This document shows positions 25,030-32,000 of a stretch of DNA of 32,000 bases, one piece after another. Within the stretch, counting starts at the first letter, position 1, and each line of letters opens with the position of its first letter. The DNA is from Nostoc parmelioides FACHB-3921. Lineage in GTDB: Bacteria; Cyanobacteriota; Cyanobacteriia; Cyanobacteriales; Nostocaceae. The position numbers were made by a program, and so were the translations under genes. Under the pieces are notes generated by a model. It did not search any database. It was not told the origin of the DNA and saw only the letters and a program-made list of their open reading frames with translations. Location of the stretch: contig NZ_JACJQL010000033.1 of the NCBI RefSeq assembly GCF_014696625.1, positions 34,777 to 66,776 of the forward strand. The letters run 5' to 3'.

Positions 25030-25743
25030 ATGAATGTGGGTGAAATTCTGAGACATTATGCTGCTGGCAAACGCAACTTTCAGCATATCAATCTGCAAGA
25101 AGTAGAATTAACAAATGCAAGCCTCACAGGTGCAGATTTGAGCTACGCCGATTTACGTCAGACGCGACTTGGTAAAAGCAACTTCAGCCATACCTGTTTA
25201 CGAGAAGCAGACTTGAGCGAAGCCATTCTCTGGGGAATAGATTTGAGTGAATCCGATTTGTATCGCGCCATTCTCCGCGAAGCAGATTTAACAGGTGCAA
25301 AGTTAGTCAAGACTCGTTTGGAAGAAGCCAACTTAATTAAGGCTAGTTTGTGCGGAGCTAATTTGAATAGCGCTAATCTGTCTCGTTGCTTACTCTTTCA
25401 AGCAGATTTACGTCCCAGTTCCAACCAGCGCACAGATTTGGGCTACGTGATGTTAACTGGGGCAGATTTAAGCTACGCTGACTTGAGAGCCGCTTCTCTA
25501 CATCACGCCAATTTAGACTGTGCAAAGCTGTGTCGAGCAAATTTTGGTCGGACAATTCAGTGGGGAAATCTGGCGGCGGATTTAAGCGGGGCTAGCTTGC
25601 AAGGTGCAGACTTGAGTTACGCAAATTTGGAAAGTGCCATTTTGCGAAAAGCAAATCTGCAAGGAGCAGACTTAACAGGGGCAATTCTCACAGATGCTGA
25701 ACTACAGGGAGCTATTATGCCTGATGGTTCGATTCATGATTGA
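25030..25743 (+). CDS. Pentapeptide-repeat protein
   Basis: Uninterrupted A(D/N)LXX repeats: GADLSYADLRQTRLGKSNFSHTCLREADLSEAILWGIDLSESDLYRAILREADLTGAKL... Confidence 0.9.
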   Translation: MNVGEILRHYAAGKRNFQHINLQEVELTNASLTGADLSYADLRQTRLGKSNFSHTCLREADLSEAILWGIDLSESDLYRAILREADLTGAKLVKTRLEEANLIKASLCGANLNSANLSRCLLFQADLRPSSNQRTDLGYVMLTGADLSYADLRAASLHHANLDCAKLCRANFGRTIQWGNLAADLSGASLQGADLSYANLESAILRKANLQGADLTGAILTDAELQGAIMPDGSIHD

Positions 25744-25777
25744 GATTTTACAGGATTCCTGGGAAATGGTGGTTTTA

Positions 25778-25866
25778 TGAACGCAGAGGGACGCGGTAGA
25801 CGCTTTTGCGGCTTGCCGCAGGCTGGTTAGCGCGGAGGTACGCAGGGTTTTTTTACGAACCGCTCG
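25778..25866. repeat. Repeat family 2 copy (TGAACGCAGAGGGACGCGG...) between the convergent pentapeptide and obg genes
   Basis: Similar to the reverse complement of 2041-2063. It contains small GC hairpins (GCGGCTTGCCGC) and a T7 run. Confidence 0.45.
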
Positions 25867-25877
25867 CTATTTTGCTG

Positions 25878-26906
25878 CTAACTAAAAACTTCTGCTTCCT
25901 CAAGAGCATTTACTTGGTCAAGAATCCCCCAAACTTCTTGTAACATTGGTTCTAAGCCGGTGCGAGTTACCGCAGAAATTAAGAAAACTGGGGCGTGAGA
26001 AAGATGATTTAATTGGGTGGCTAGTGCTTCTAAGTCTACAGTTTCCCTGTCAACTGCATCAATTTTATTCAGGGCTACAATCTGCATTCGCTCACTTAAA
26101 CCCCGTCCGTAAGCTTGCAATTCCTGCTCAATTGTGTTGTAGTCTCTGATGATATCGTCACTGGTAGCATCAATTAAGTGCAGGAGTACTCGCGTCCTTT
26201 CAATGTGACGTAAAAAGTCATGTCCTAATCCCGCACCGTCGGCTGCACCTTCAATTAAGCCGGGGATATCGGCAAATACTGTTCCATCTCCTGTTGGTTT
26301 GCGTACTACACCCAAATTTGGAATTAGTGTTGTAAAGGGATAGTCAGCAATTTTCGGACGCGCTGCTGATAAAGATGAGATCAAAGTTGATTTACCTGCA
26401 TTGGGTAAACCAATAATTCCTACTTCCGCCAATAATTTCAATTCTAAACGGAGTAGCTTTCTTTCCCCTGGTAATCCTGGGAGAGAATATTCTGGGGCGC
26501 GGTTACGGTTACTCAAGAAGTATTGATTTCCCAAACCACCTTTACCACCTGCTGCAATGATTAGCTGTTGGTTAGGTTTAGTTAAATCACCAAGTAAATC
26601 ACCTGTTTCCGCATCATAAATTGTTGTTCCGCAGGGAACCTGGACGATTAAATCTTTGCCGGAAGCGCCTGTACAGTTATTGGGGCCGCCACGACCTCCA
26701 TCATCCGCTTTAAATATATGCTTGTATCGGAAGTCTAACAGGGTTTGCAGATTTTCCACAGCAACGAAAATGACTGAACCACCCCGTCCACCATTTCCAC
26801 CAGAAGGCCCGCCAGCAGGTACATATTTTTCACGCCGGAAGGCGACGATACCATCGCCACCTTTACCAGCTTCTACTTCGATTTGTGCTTGGTCGATAAA
26901 TTGCAT
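25878..26906 (-). CDS. obg: GTPase Obg/CgtA
   Basis: The Gly-rich Obg fold is [33 protein letters not shown]1 is [10 protein letters not shown]3 is DIPGLIEGA and G4 is NKID. Confidence 0.95.
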   Translation of the reverse strand: MQFIDQAQIEVEAGKGGDGIVAFRREKYVPAGGPSGGNGGRGGSVIFVAVENLQTLLDFRYKHIFKADDGGRGGPNNCTGASGKDLIVQVPCGTTIYDAETGDLLGDLTKPNQQLIIAAGGKGGLGNQYFLSNRNRAPEYSLPGLPGERKLLRLELKLLAEVGIIGLPNAGKSTLISSLSAARPKIADYPFTTLIPNLGVVRKPTGDGTVFADIPGLIEGAADGAGLGHDFLRHIERTRVLLHLIDATSDDIIRDYNTIEQELQAYGRGLSERMQIVALNKIDAVDRETVDLEALATQLNHLSHAPVFLISAVTRTGLEPMLQEVWGILDQVNALEEAEVFS

Positions 26907-26910
26907 AATT

Positions 26911-26945
26911 AGTCAATTGTCAGTAGTCAGTTGTCAGTCGTCAAT
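26911..26945. repeat. STRR heptamer array (AGTCAAT TGTCAGT AGTCAGT TGTCAGT CGTCAAT)
   Basis: Five tandem 7-nt units sit immediately upstream of the obg start. They are inverted relative to 27194-27225. Confidence 0.85.
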
Positions 26946-27105
26946 GCTTATTGGTTAGTCGTTCGTTGGAATGCTCTCCATTGATCATGATGTCTTCTTC
27001 ACAACGTAACGCATCAGCAAAAGTTTATGTTTGTTTAGTTTATCTACTTAACAGGTTACGCCTAAGTAGTCACTCTTTGCCAGTGTTGAGTACCGACTTT
27101 TAAGT

Positions 27106-27170
27106 GGGGAGCAGGGAAGCGGGGGAGCAGGGGAGCAGGGGAGCAGGGGGAGCAGGGGGAGTAAGGGAAG
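27106..27170. repeat. G-tract tandem array, about 8 units of GGGGAGCA (7-9 nt)
   Basis: GGGGAGCA GGGAAGC GGGGGAGCA GGGGAGCA GGGGAGCA GGGGGAGCA GGGGGAGTA AGGGAAGCA. Confidence 0.9.
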
Positions 27171-27193
27171 CAAAGAAGAATAACTATGGAATA

Positions 27194-27225
27194 TTGACAA
27201 CTGACAACTGACAACTGACAACTAA
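27194..27225. repeat. STRR heptamer array (TTGACAA CTGACAA x3 CTAAC..)
   Basis: Four or five tandem 7-nt units abut the stop codon of the 27226-27900 gene. Their reverse complement TTGTCAG matches the 26911-26945 array. Confidence 0.9.
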
Positions 27226-27900
27226 CTAAATATAAGGCGAAATGTCCTCTTTACATTCATCTGCCAAATAGGAGAGGGCGCGGAAACGTAAACCTACGAG
27301 TTGTTCATAGAGTGGGTTGATTTTACATAAGGGGGGAATATGAACAATTTTGCGTCCAAATAGGGTGACATCCCGTTCAAAGGGGCATTGAGGCGGAATC
27401 ATTTTACACAAGAAACGGGCTACTCTGGGGTCTTGAATGTCTAACCCATCTAGCCAGTCACGGAGGGGGTCAAGTACTTCTAGCGGGGGGGCGTGAGGTG
27501 CTACTAGCCCAGAAGAATGTGTTGGTTCTTTGACTATTAAAGTTTGGCGTAGGGCTTCCAGTATGTCCTCTGGTTCTCCTAAGGCTTGACATAACTGGTG
27601 CAGTACTTGATCTTCGCTGGCAGAATAGGTACCATCTGCGATCGCTACCATAACAGCTGTACGCAAAAAGTTTTCTGCTGCTGGTGTATTCTTACCCAAA
27701 ACCGTCGCTAATTCTTCTGGTGTGATTACTTCCAGTGAATCCCACTCGATACTAGGGGCTAATTGATCTTTGGTAATGCTGGCAATTGATGCTTTTTCTT
27801 GCTCATCAAAGTTACCATCAGCCCAAGCTATTGTCAGCAATCCACGCAACCAAGCGGCTATTTGTTCGCTACTGTAGGGAGAATGAACGACACTTGTCAT
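27226..27900 (-). CDS. TerB-like N-terminal domain fused to a Mo-dependent-nitrogenase C-terminal (Mo-nitro_C) domain protein
   Basis: The likely start is ATG 27900 (MTSVVHSPY...); the listed 27918 is a TTG. The N-terminal part reads LLTIAWADGNFDEQEKASI...VMVAIADGTYSASEDQVL. The C-terminal part reads RFLCKMIPPQCPFERDVTLFGRKIVHIPPLCKINPLYEQLVGLRFRALSYLADEC. Confidence 0.7.
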   Translation of the reverse strand: MTSVVHSPYSSEQIAAWLRGLLTIAWADGNFDEQEKASIASITKDQLAPSIEWDSLEVITPEELATVLGKNTPAAENFLRTAVMVAIADGTYSASEDQVLHQLCQALGEPEDILEALRQTLIVKEPTHSSGLVAPHAPPLEVLDPLRDWLDGLDIQDPRVARFLCKMIPPQCPFERDVTLFGRKIVHIPPLCKINPLYEQLVGLRFRALSYLADECKEDISPYI

Positions 27901-28000
27901 AAACTCACGCTTCACCAATTCAATACTAAGTTAGCTTTCATGAGGCTAAACTGTTAAAGGGCTAACTTCCCAAGTCTTAAGCTTTGTTTTGCGATCGCCT

Positions 28001-28585
28001 TTAATTAGCAGCTTGATGTACTTCAAATGTAACATCTTCATAGACGTTAGCGATCGCACAACGCAAATCTACACTAGCTATATGTATCTCTTCTCCTTGT
28101 CCGTAGGGATAAAGTACCCATTGTCCTTCGGAGTTGCGGCGAAAACACTCTACACTTTGGCGATTTTGACTCACGAGTACATACTCTTGTAATGATTTGA
28201 TTTGGCGGTAGTGAGCAAATTTCTCTCCTCTGTCAAAGGCTTCGGTGTTGGGAGATAAGACTTCGATAATTAAGCCAGGATAACGGAGAAAGTTATTAAA
28301 TGTTCTATCTCGCTGGTCACAAGTAACGGTAACATCGGGATAGTAGTAGATATCGAGTAACTCGATATGGACTTTAGTTGCTGAGATGTAAGTCTGACAT
28401 CCGCTTCCGCGCAAATGATTTTTCAGCATAGAAGCCATATTCAGAGAAATGACTACATGAGTATTACTCGCCCCCGCCGTTGCGTCAATCTCTTCCTGGC
28501 GATATGCAGGCCTGATGGAACTGCTGTCCTCTGCTTTGAGATATTCTTCGGAGGAAATATAGCTAGAACTGGGAGTTGCAACCAT
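28001..28585 (-). CDS. Uma2-family (DUF820) PD-(D/E)xK-type putative endonuclease
   Basis: SSEEYLKAED..., AGASNTHV, YYPDVTV, LIIEVLSPNTEAFDRGEKFAHYRQI and LQEYVLVSQ. Confidence 0.75.
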   Translation of the reverse strand: MVATPSSSYISSEEYLKAEDSSSIRPAYRQEEIDATAGASNTHVVISLNMASMLKNHLRGSGCQTYISATKVHIELLDIYYYPDVTVTCDQRDRTFNNFLRYPGLIIEVLSPNTEAFDRGEKFAHYRQIKSLQEYVLVSQNRQSVECFRRNSEGQWVLYPYGQGEEIHIASVDLRCAIANVYEDVTFEVHQAAN

Positions 28586-28780
28586 TTGTTAGCACCTTGT
28601 GTAATGTCTTGTATCTAGTTTATGAAGAACTCATAATTGAGGACGCTGCTCATCGCCCCGCCAAAGGTAACACAACTCGTTACCGAGGGCTGATTTTAGT
28701 CAACTTTCTAAATATATATTTTTACAAATCTAGCTATTGCTAGATGCTGTGATTCTCTTGGAAGTCTTAATCTACAACTG

Positions 28781-30130
28781 TTGCACCGTAGAAATAGACC
28801 TGTGGATGAGATATTAGAGCGATCGCACGAACTTAAACAAGCCTTAATGGATTTTGTTCTGGATGCGGAGGGTGACATAGCCCAAGCGTTAGAAACCTAT
28901 GCAGCAGAAAGGTTACGCCGTGGTAGTGGGGATAATACACAGCAAGACTTAACAATTGACAGCTTTTTGATTGAGGGAAAAGTTGGTGATGAGTCGCCAC
29001 TAGATTTATTTATCGCTAGTCAGGTAAACTTATCAGAGAGCGATCGCCATCTTCTCAACAGTTGGCATCGTAGTTTTATGGGTTTATTTGCTATTAGTCA
29101 AATTTTACCTGATGGCTTGGAATTGCTCAACTGGTTAACGAATAAATCTTATATCGTTAAGCCAAATAATTCCCAAATGTTACAAGCAATTGAACGATTA
29201 AAAATAGGCGAGATTTTACTAACTCGCATTGCTCCTGTTACCGATAATTATTGGACATTTTCTAGTCCATATATATTGTTAGGTAAATTGGGCAAACCAA
29301 AATTAGCTGTAGCTATTGGTAATTTTAAAGAAAACTATAAGAATCATCTTTACAGTGATGCGCCTGATGTCCTAGAAGCAGCCTGGAATTCTGTATATCA
29401 ATATCATCAGGATTTTATTGACTTTTTTGGCAGTGATGAAATTACTCTACCCGGATATCAACTTAATAAAAAAATAGCTGATTTTCAAGAATTAATTACA
29501 GAGAAACGTTTGGCAGGTTTAGGAATTGATCAGACAAAATCCCTGAGTGAATTAGCAATAGAAGCTGGTGTTCAAGAAGAGGATATTCAAGCCGCCGTTA
29601 AAGAAACTGGTGCAGATGTCAAGATAGTTTCCCAGATATTAAATAATAAAAGTGGTAATACCAAAATGGTAATGCCAAAAGTTGATTTACCTGTGGAACT
29701 GAAAAAAGCGGAACAAGTAACAGCTATTTCTCATCCCCGTTGGGGACAAATGTTTTTACCAACATATAGTAAATTTCAATCTTTATTATCAGCAGAAGAT
29801 TGGCAAAGTGTTGATGGGGCTGAGAAATTAGTTCGCTATTATCTGGAAAATAAAAGTATTAATGCGTTTATTTGGGATCGTTTAGCCGAACAGTATCCAA
29901 GTTCCTTAGAAAAAGTTTTACAAACTGTGTTACAACGCCCAGATTTCAACATTAGTAATGACTTGGATGCACTTTTACAAGAATTTAATAAACCTCTTGA
30001 ACCAGACTTACCAGATATTGCTAGTGTGCCGATACACCTGCATGAATTATTTCAGGAAGCAGTTGCAGAAGTTCACAAATCTAAGCCCAAAGGCAAGATA
30101 CCGAAAAAGGCAGAGAAAGGTTTCAAGTAA
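28781..30130 (+). CDS. Hypothetical soluble protein of about 430-449 aa with a Lys-rich C-terminal tail; no family recognised
   Basis: A long open frame with normal codon texture. The start is ambiguous: TTG 28781, GTG 28802 or ATG 28847. It is separated by 66 nt from the downstream aldolase gene on the same strand. Confidence 0.7.
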   Translation: MHRRNRPVDEILERSHELKQALMDFVLDAEGDIAQALETYAAERLRRGSGDNTQQDLTIDSFLIEGKVGDESPLDLFIASQVNLSESDRHLLNSWHRSFMGLFAISQILPDGLELLNWLTNKSYIVKPNNSQMLQAIERLKIGEILLTRIAPVTDNYWTFSSPYILLGKLGKPKLAVAIGNFKENYKNHLYSDAPDVLEAAWNSVYQYHQDFIDFFGSDEITLPGYQLNKKIADFQELITEKRLAGLGIDQTKSLSELAIEAGVQEEDIQAAVKETGADVKIVSQILNNKSGNTKMVMPKVDLPVELKKAEQVTAISHPRWGQMFLPTYSKFQSLLSAEDWQSVDGAEKLVRYYLENKSINAFIWDRLAEQYPSSLEKVLQTVLQRPDFNISNDLDALLQEFNKPLEPDLPDIASVPIHLHELFQEAVAEVHKSKPKGKIPKKAEKGFK

Positions 30131-30196
30131 ACATTTAAAACTAGTAAGATGCTATCTTGAAAGCAAAATCATTTTCTCAGATTTGAGGAAACCCTT

Positions 30197-31279
30197 ATGA
30201 CTACCACACTCTTAGAATCTAATTCTATCGAGTCATTGCTAGGGCATGAAGCAGAAGACTTGCTGACGTACAAAGCTAAAGTCTCTCAAGACTTATTACA
30301 TCTACCAGGCTCTGATTTTATTGATCGAGTTTGGTTAAATAGCGATCGCAATCCTCAAGTCTTGCGAAATCTCCAACAGCTTTATTCTACAGGTCGTTTG
30401 GCACATACTGGCTATCTTTCAATTTTACCAGTAGACCAAGGTATTGAACACTCAGCCGGAGCATCTTTTGCACCCAATCCTATTTATTTTGACCCAGAAA
30501 ATATCATCCGTTTAGCAATCGCTGGTGGTTGTAATGCTGTCGCTACAACTTTAGGTGTATTGGGTAGTGTTTCGCGTAAATATGCCCATAAAATTCCTTT
30601 CATTGCTAAACTTAACCATAATGAATTGTTAACCTTTCCCAATCAATTTGACCAGGTATTGTTTGCTGATGTAGAACAAGCTTGGAATTTGGGCGCTGTG
30701 GCTGTGGGTGCAACAATTTATTTTGGTTCCGAACAGTCCACCAGACAAATTCAAGAAATTAGCCGCGCCTTTAAACGCGCCCATGAACTAGGGATGGTGA
30801 CAATTCTCTGGTGTTACTTGCGGAATAACGCTTTTAAACAAGACAAAGATTATCACCTGGCGGCTGACCTCACCGGACAAGCAAATCATCTAGGTGTAAC
30901 AATTGAAGCCGATATTATTAAACAAAAGTTGCCCGAAAATAACAATGGCTATGGTGCAGTAGCCAAAGCCACAGGTCAGAGTTACGGCAAAACTAATGAA
31001 AAAATCTATACAGATTTAACCACTGACCACCCCATCGATTTAACGAGATACCAAGTACTCAATTGCTATTGTGGACGCGCAGGCTTGATTAATTCTGGGG
31101 GTGCATCCGGTAAAAATGACTTTGCAGAAGCAGTCCGCACCGCAGTTATTAATAAACGGGCTGGTGGTACAGGATTAATTTCTGGGAGAAAAGCTTTCCA
31201 GCGTCCTTTTGAGGAAGGTGTGAAGCTGTTCCACGCGATTCAGGACGTTTATTTGTCGCCAGAGGTGACGATAGCTTGA
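30197..31279 (+). CDS. fbaB: Class I fructose-1,6-bisphosphate aldolase (FbaB/DhnA type)
   Basis: Colinear with E. coli FbaB as I remember it. Shared blocks are [87 protein letters not shown] and [19 protein letters not shown]. Confidence 0.93.
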   Translation: MTTTLLESNSIESLLGHEAEDLLTYKAKVSQDLLHLPGSDFIDRVWLNSDRNPQVLRNLQQLYSTGRLAHTGYLSILPVDQGIEHSAGASFAPNPIYFDPENIIRLAIAGGCNAVATTLGVLGSVSRKYAHKIPFIAKLNHNELLTFPNQFDQVLFADVEQAWNLGAVAVGATIYFGSEQSTRQIQEISRAFKRAHELGMVTILWCYLRNNAFKQDKDYHLAADLTGQANHLGVTIEADIIKQKLPENNNGYGAVAKATGQSYGKTNEKIYTDLTTDHPIDLTRYQVLNCYCGRAGLINSGGASGKNDFAEAVRTAVINKRAGGTGLISGRKAFQRPFEEGVKLFHAIQDVYLSPEVTIA

Positions 31280-31298
31280 GTCAGCACTGATTAGTAAT

Positions 31299-31431
31299 AG
31301 GACTTACGCACCGGGGTTGTCTGTTGAGACTGGGTATAGGGGTGTAGGGGTGTAGGGGTTTAGGGGTTTTAAATTGACAACCCTACACCCTTGTCCAAAC
31401 TCTTGATATTTCGTTTTCATGCGTAAGTTCT
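31299..31431. mobile_element. MITE-like 133-bp element with 12-nt terminal inverted repeats (AGGACTTACGCA / TGCGTAAGTTCT) and an internal GGGGTGTA tandem tract
   Basis: The TIRs match at 11 of 12 positions. The interior reads GGGTATA GGGGTGTA GGGGTGTA GGGGTTTA GGGGTTTT, followed by the complementary AACCCTACACCC. Confidence 0.55.
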
Positions 31432-31535
31432 AAGTCGGGGCTGTCCATAGTCAAGAGTCCAGAGTCAAAGGCCGGCTTGGACTGTGGACTTTTGACAATC
31501 TGAGTGCGAAATATACAATTTAAATGCGTAACAGC

Positions 31536-32000
31536 TTAGTTTTTTTGCAGTTCCATCAGCAGATATGTATAGAACTCGTAATAGGGTCGAACTGAGGCAA
31601 CGTAAGCAGTACGTAGTTCTTCGTTAGCTATTTTGGCTCGTAAATCTTCAATTATTTTAATAGCTGATTGAATATGTGTTTGGGCTTGTTGTAGATTACC
31701 CCGACTGTGTTCTAAGGCAGCCATGTTAGAGAGAGTGACAATTTCCCCTTCTGTGTCCCCCACTGCACGGCGTATGGGTAAAGCTTGGTTATAGTATTTG
31801 AGCGCTGCTTCCTTGTCTCCGAATGAGTTGTAGATACCACCAATATTGTGCAGGATAGTGGCTTCTCTTCTGCTTTCACCCACTGCGCGGATTATGGGTA
31901 AAGCTTGATTGAGGTATTTTAATGCTGCTTCCTTGTCCCCTAATGCGCTGTAGAGAGTGCCAACATCGTTGAGGGTACGAGCTTCTATTTTTTTGTTCCC
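31536..32000 (-). CDS. Tetratricopeptide-repeat protein, C-terminal part (gene continues beyond the window)
   Basis: The minus-strand frame stays open past the listed GTG at 31883 to nt 32000. About 40-aa units repeat: ..GDKEAALKY[YL]NQALPI[IR]RAVG[ED]..EA.TL.N[IM]... Confidence 0.8.
   Translation of the reverse strand, partial: GNKKIEARTLNDVGTLYSALGDKEAALKYLNQALPIIRAVGESRREATILHNIGGIYNSFGDKEAALKYYNQALPIRRAVGDTEGEIVTLSNMAALEHSRGNLQQAQTHIQSAIKIIEDLRAKIANEELRTAYVASVRPYYEFYTYLLMELQKN

Noticed and set aside
26911-27225. CRISPR array, considered because of the tandem short repeats
   Set aside because: The units are 7-9 nt and directly tandem, with no spacers and no cas genes nearby. These are STRR-type and G-tract microsatellite arrays.
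28001-28585. Uma2 nuclease as part of a defence or toxin-antitoxin island
   Set aside because: There is no partner gene, methyltransferase, integrase or other defence-type neighbour. Uma2/DUF820 genes are scattered in high copy number in cyanobacterial genomes. Its N-terminal motif looks somewhat degenerate (YRQEEIDATAGAS), but I cannot judge decay without an alignment.
1-32000. tRNA, rRNA, tmRNA, RNase P RNA, riboswitches, transposases and integrases
   Set aside because: I scanned for T-loop-like GGTTCGA motifs, rRNA-like conserved blocks and IS-type ORFs and found nothing convincing. The only GGTTCGA occurrence (about 21826) is inside the crtO-like CDS. A covariance-model scan would be needed to be definitive.

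Overview
This looks like a chromosomal segment of a filamentous, heterocyst-type (Nostoc/Anabaena-like) cyanobacterium. The evidence is very frequent HIP1 palindromes (GCGATCGC), STRR-type heptamer arrays, Nostoc-style MITE-like repeats and the gene content: psbA, CAB-tailed hemH, a crtO-like ketolase and a Mo-nitrogenase-C-domain protein. I support about 26 protein genes. Reading by eye, I found no rRNA, tRNA, CRISPR array, transposase or integrase. The left third holds a REC-PP2C phosphatase and a STAS protein (a partner-switching pair). Next to them is a four-gene minus-strand cluster: an outer-membrane barrel, a single-domain DUF3131-like protein, a two-domain DUF3131-like protein, and a cellulose-synthase-like GT2 that lacks PilZ. 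The middle holds an SDR, a DUF2808-like secreted protein, hemH, a methyltransferase, a divergent amidohydrolase / isochorismatase-cupin unit, a P450, a DUF2993-like protein and a CrtO-like ketolase. The right third holds an ArsR regulator, a psbA with the low-oxygen D1' signature, an NMO-type flavoenzyme, a pentapeptide-repeat protein, obg, a TerB-like/Mo-nitro_C protein, a Uma2 nuclease, an orphan 449-aa protein, a class I FBP aldolase and a partial TPR gene. The best candidate for an undescribed system is the GT2 + 3x DUF3131-like + OM-barrel cluster (2177-10159), possibly controlled by the adjacent partner-switching pair. All calls come from reading the supplied ORF translations and the DNA by eye. 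No database search, HMM or folding was run, and family names are recollections that need confirmation.
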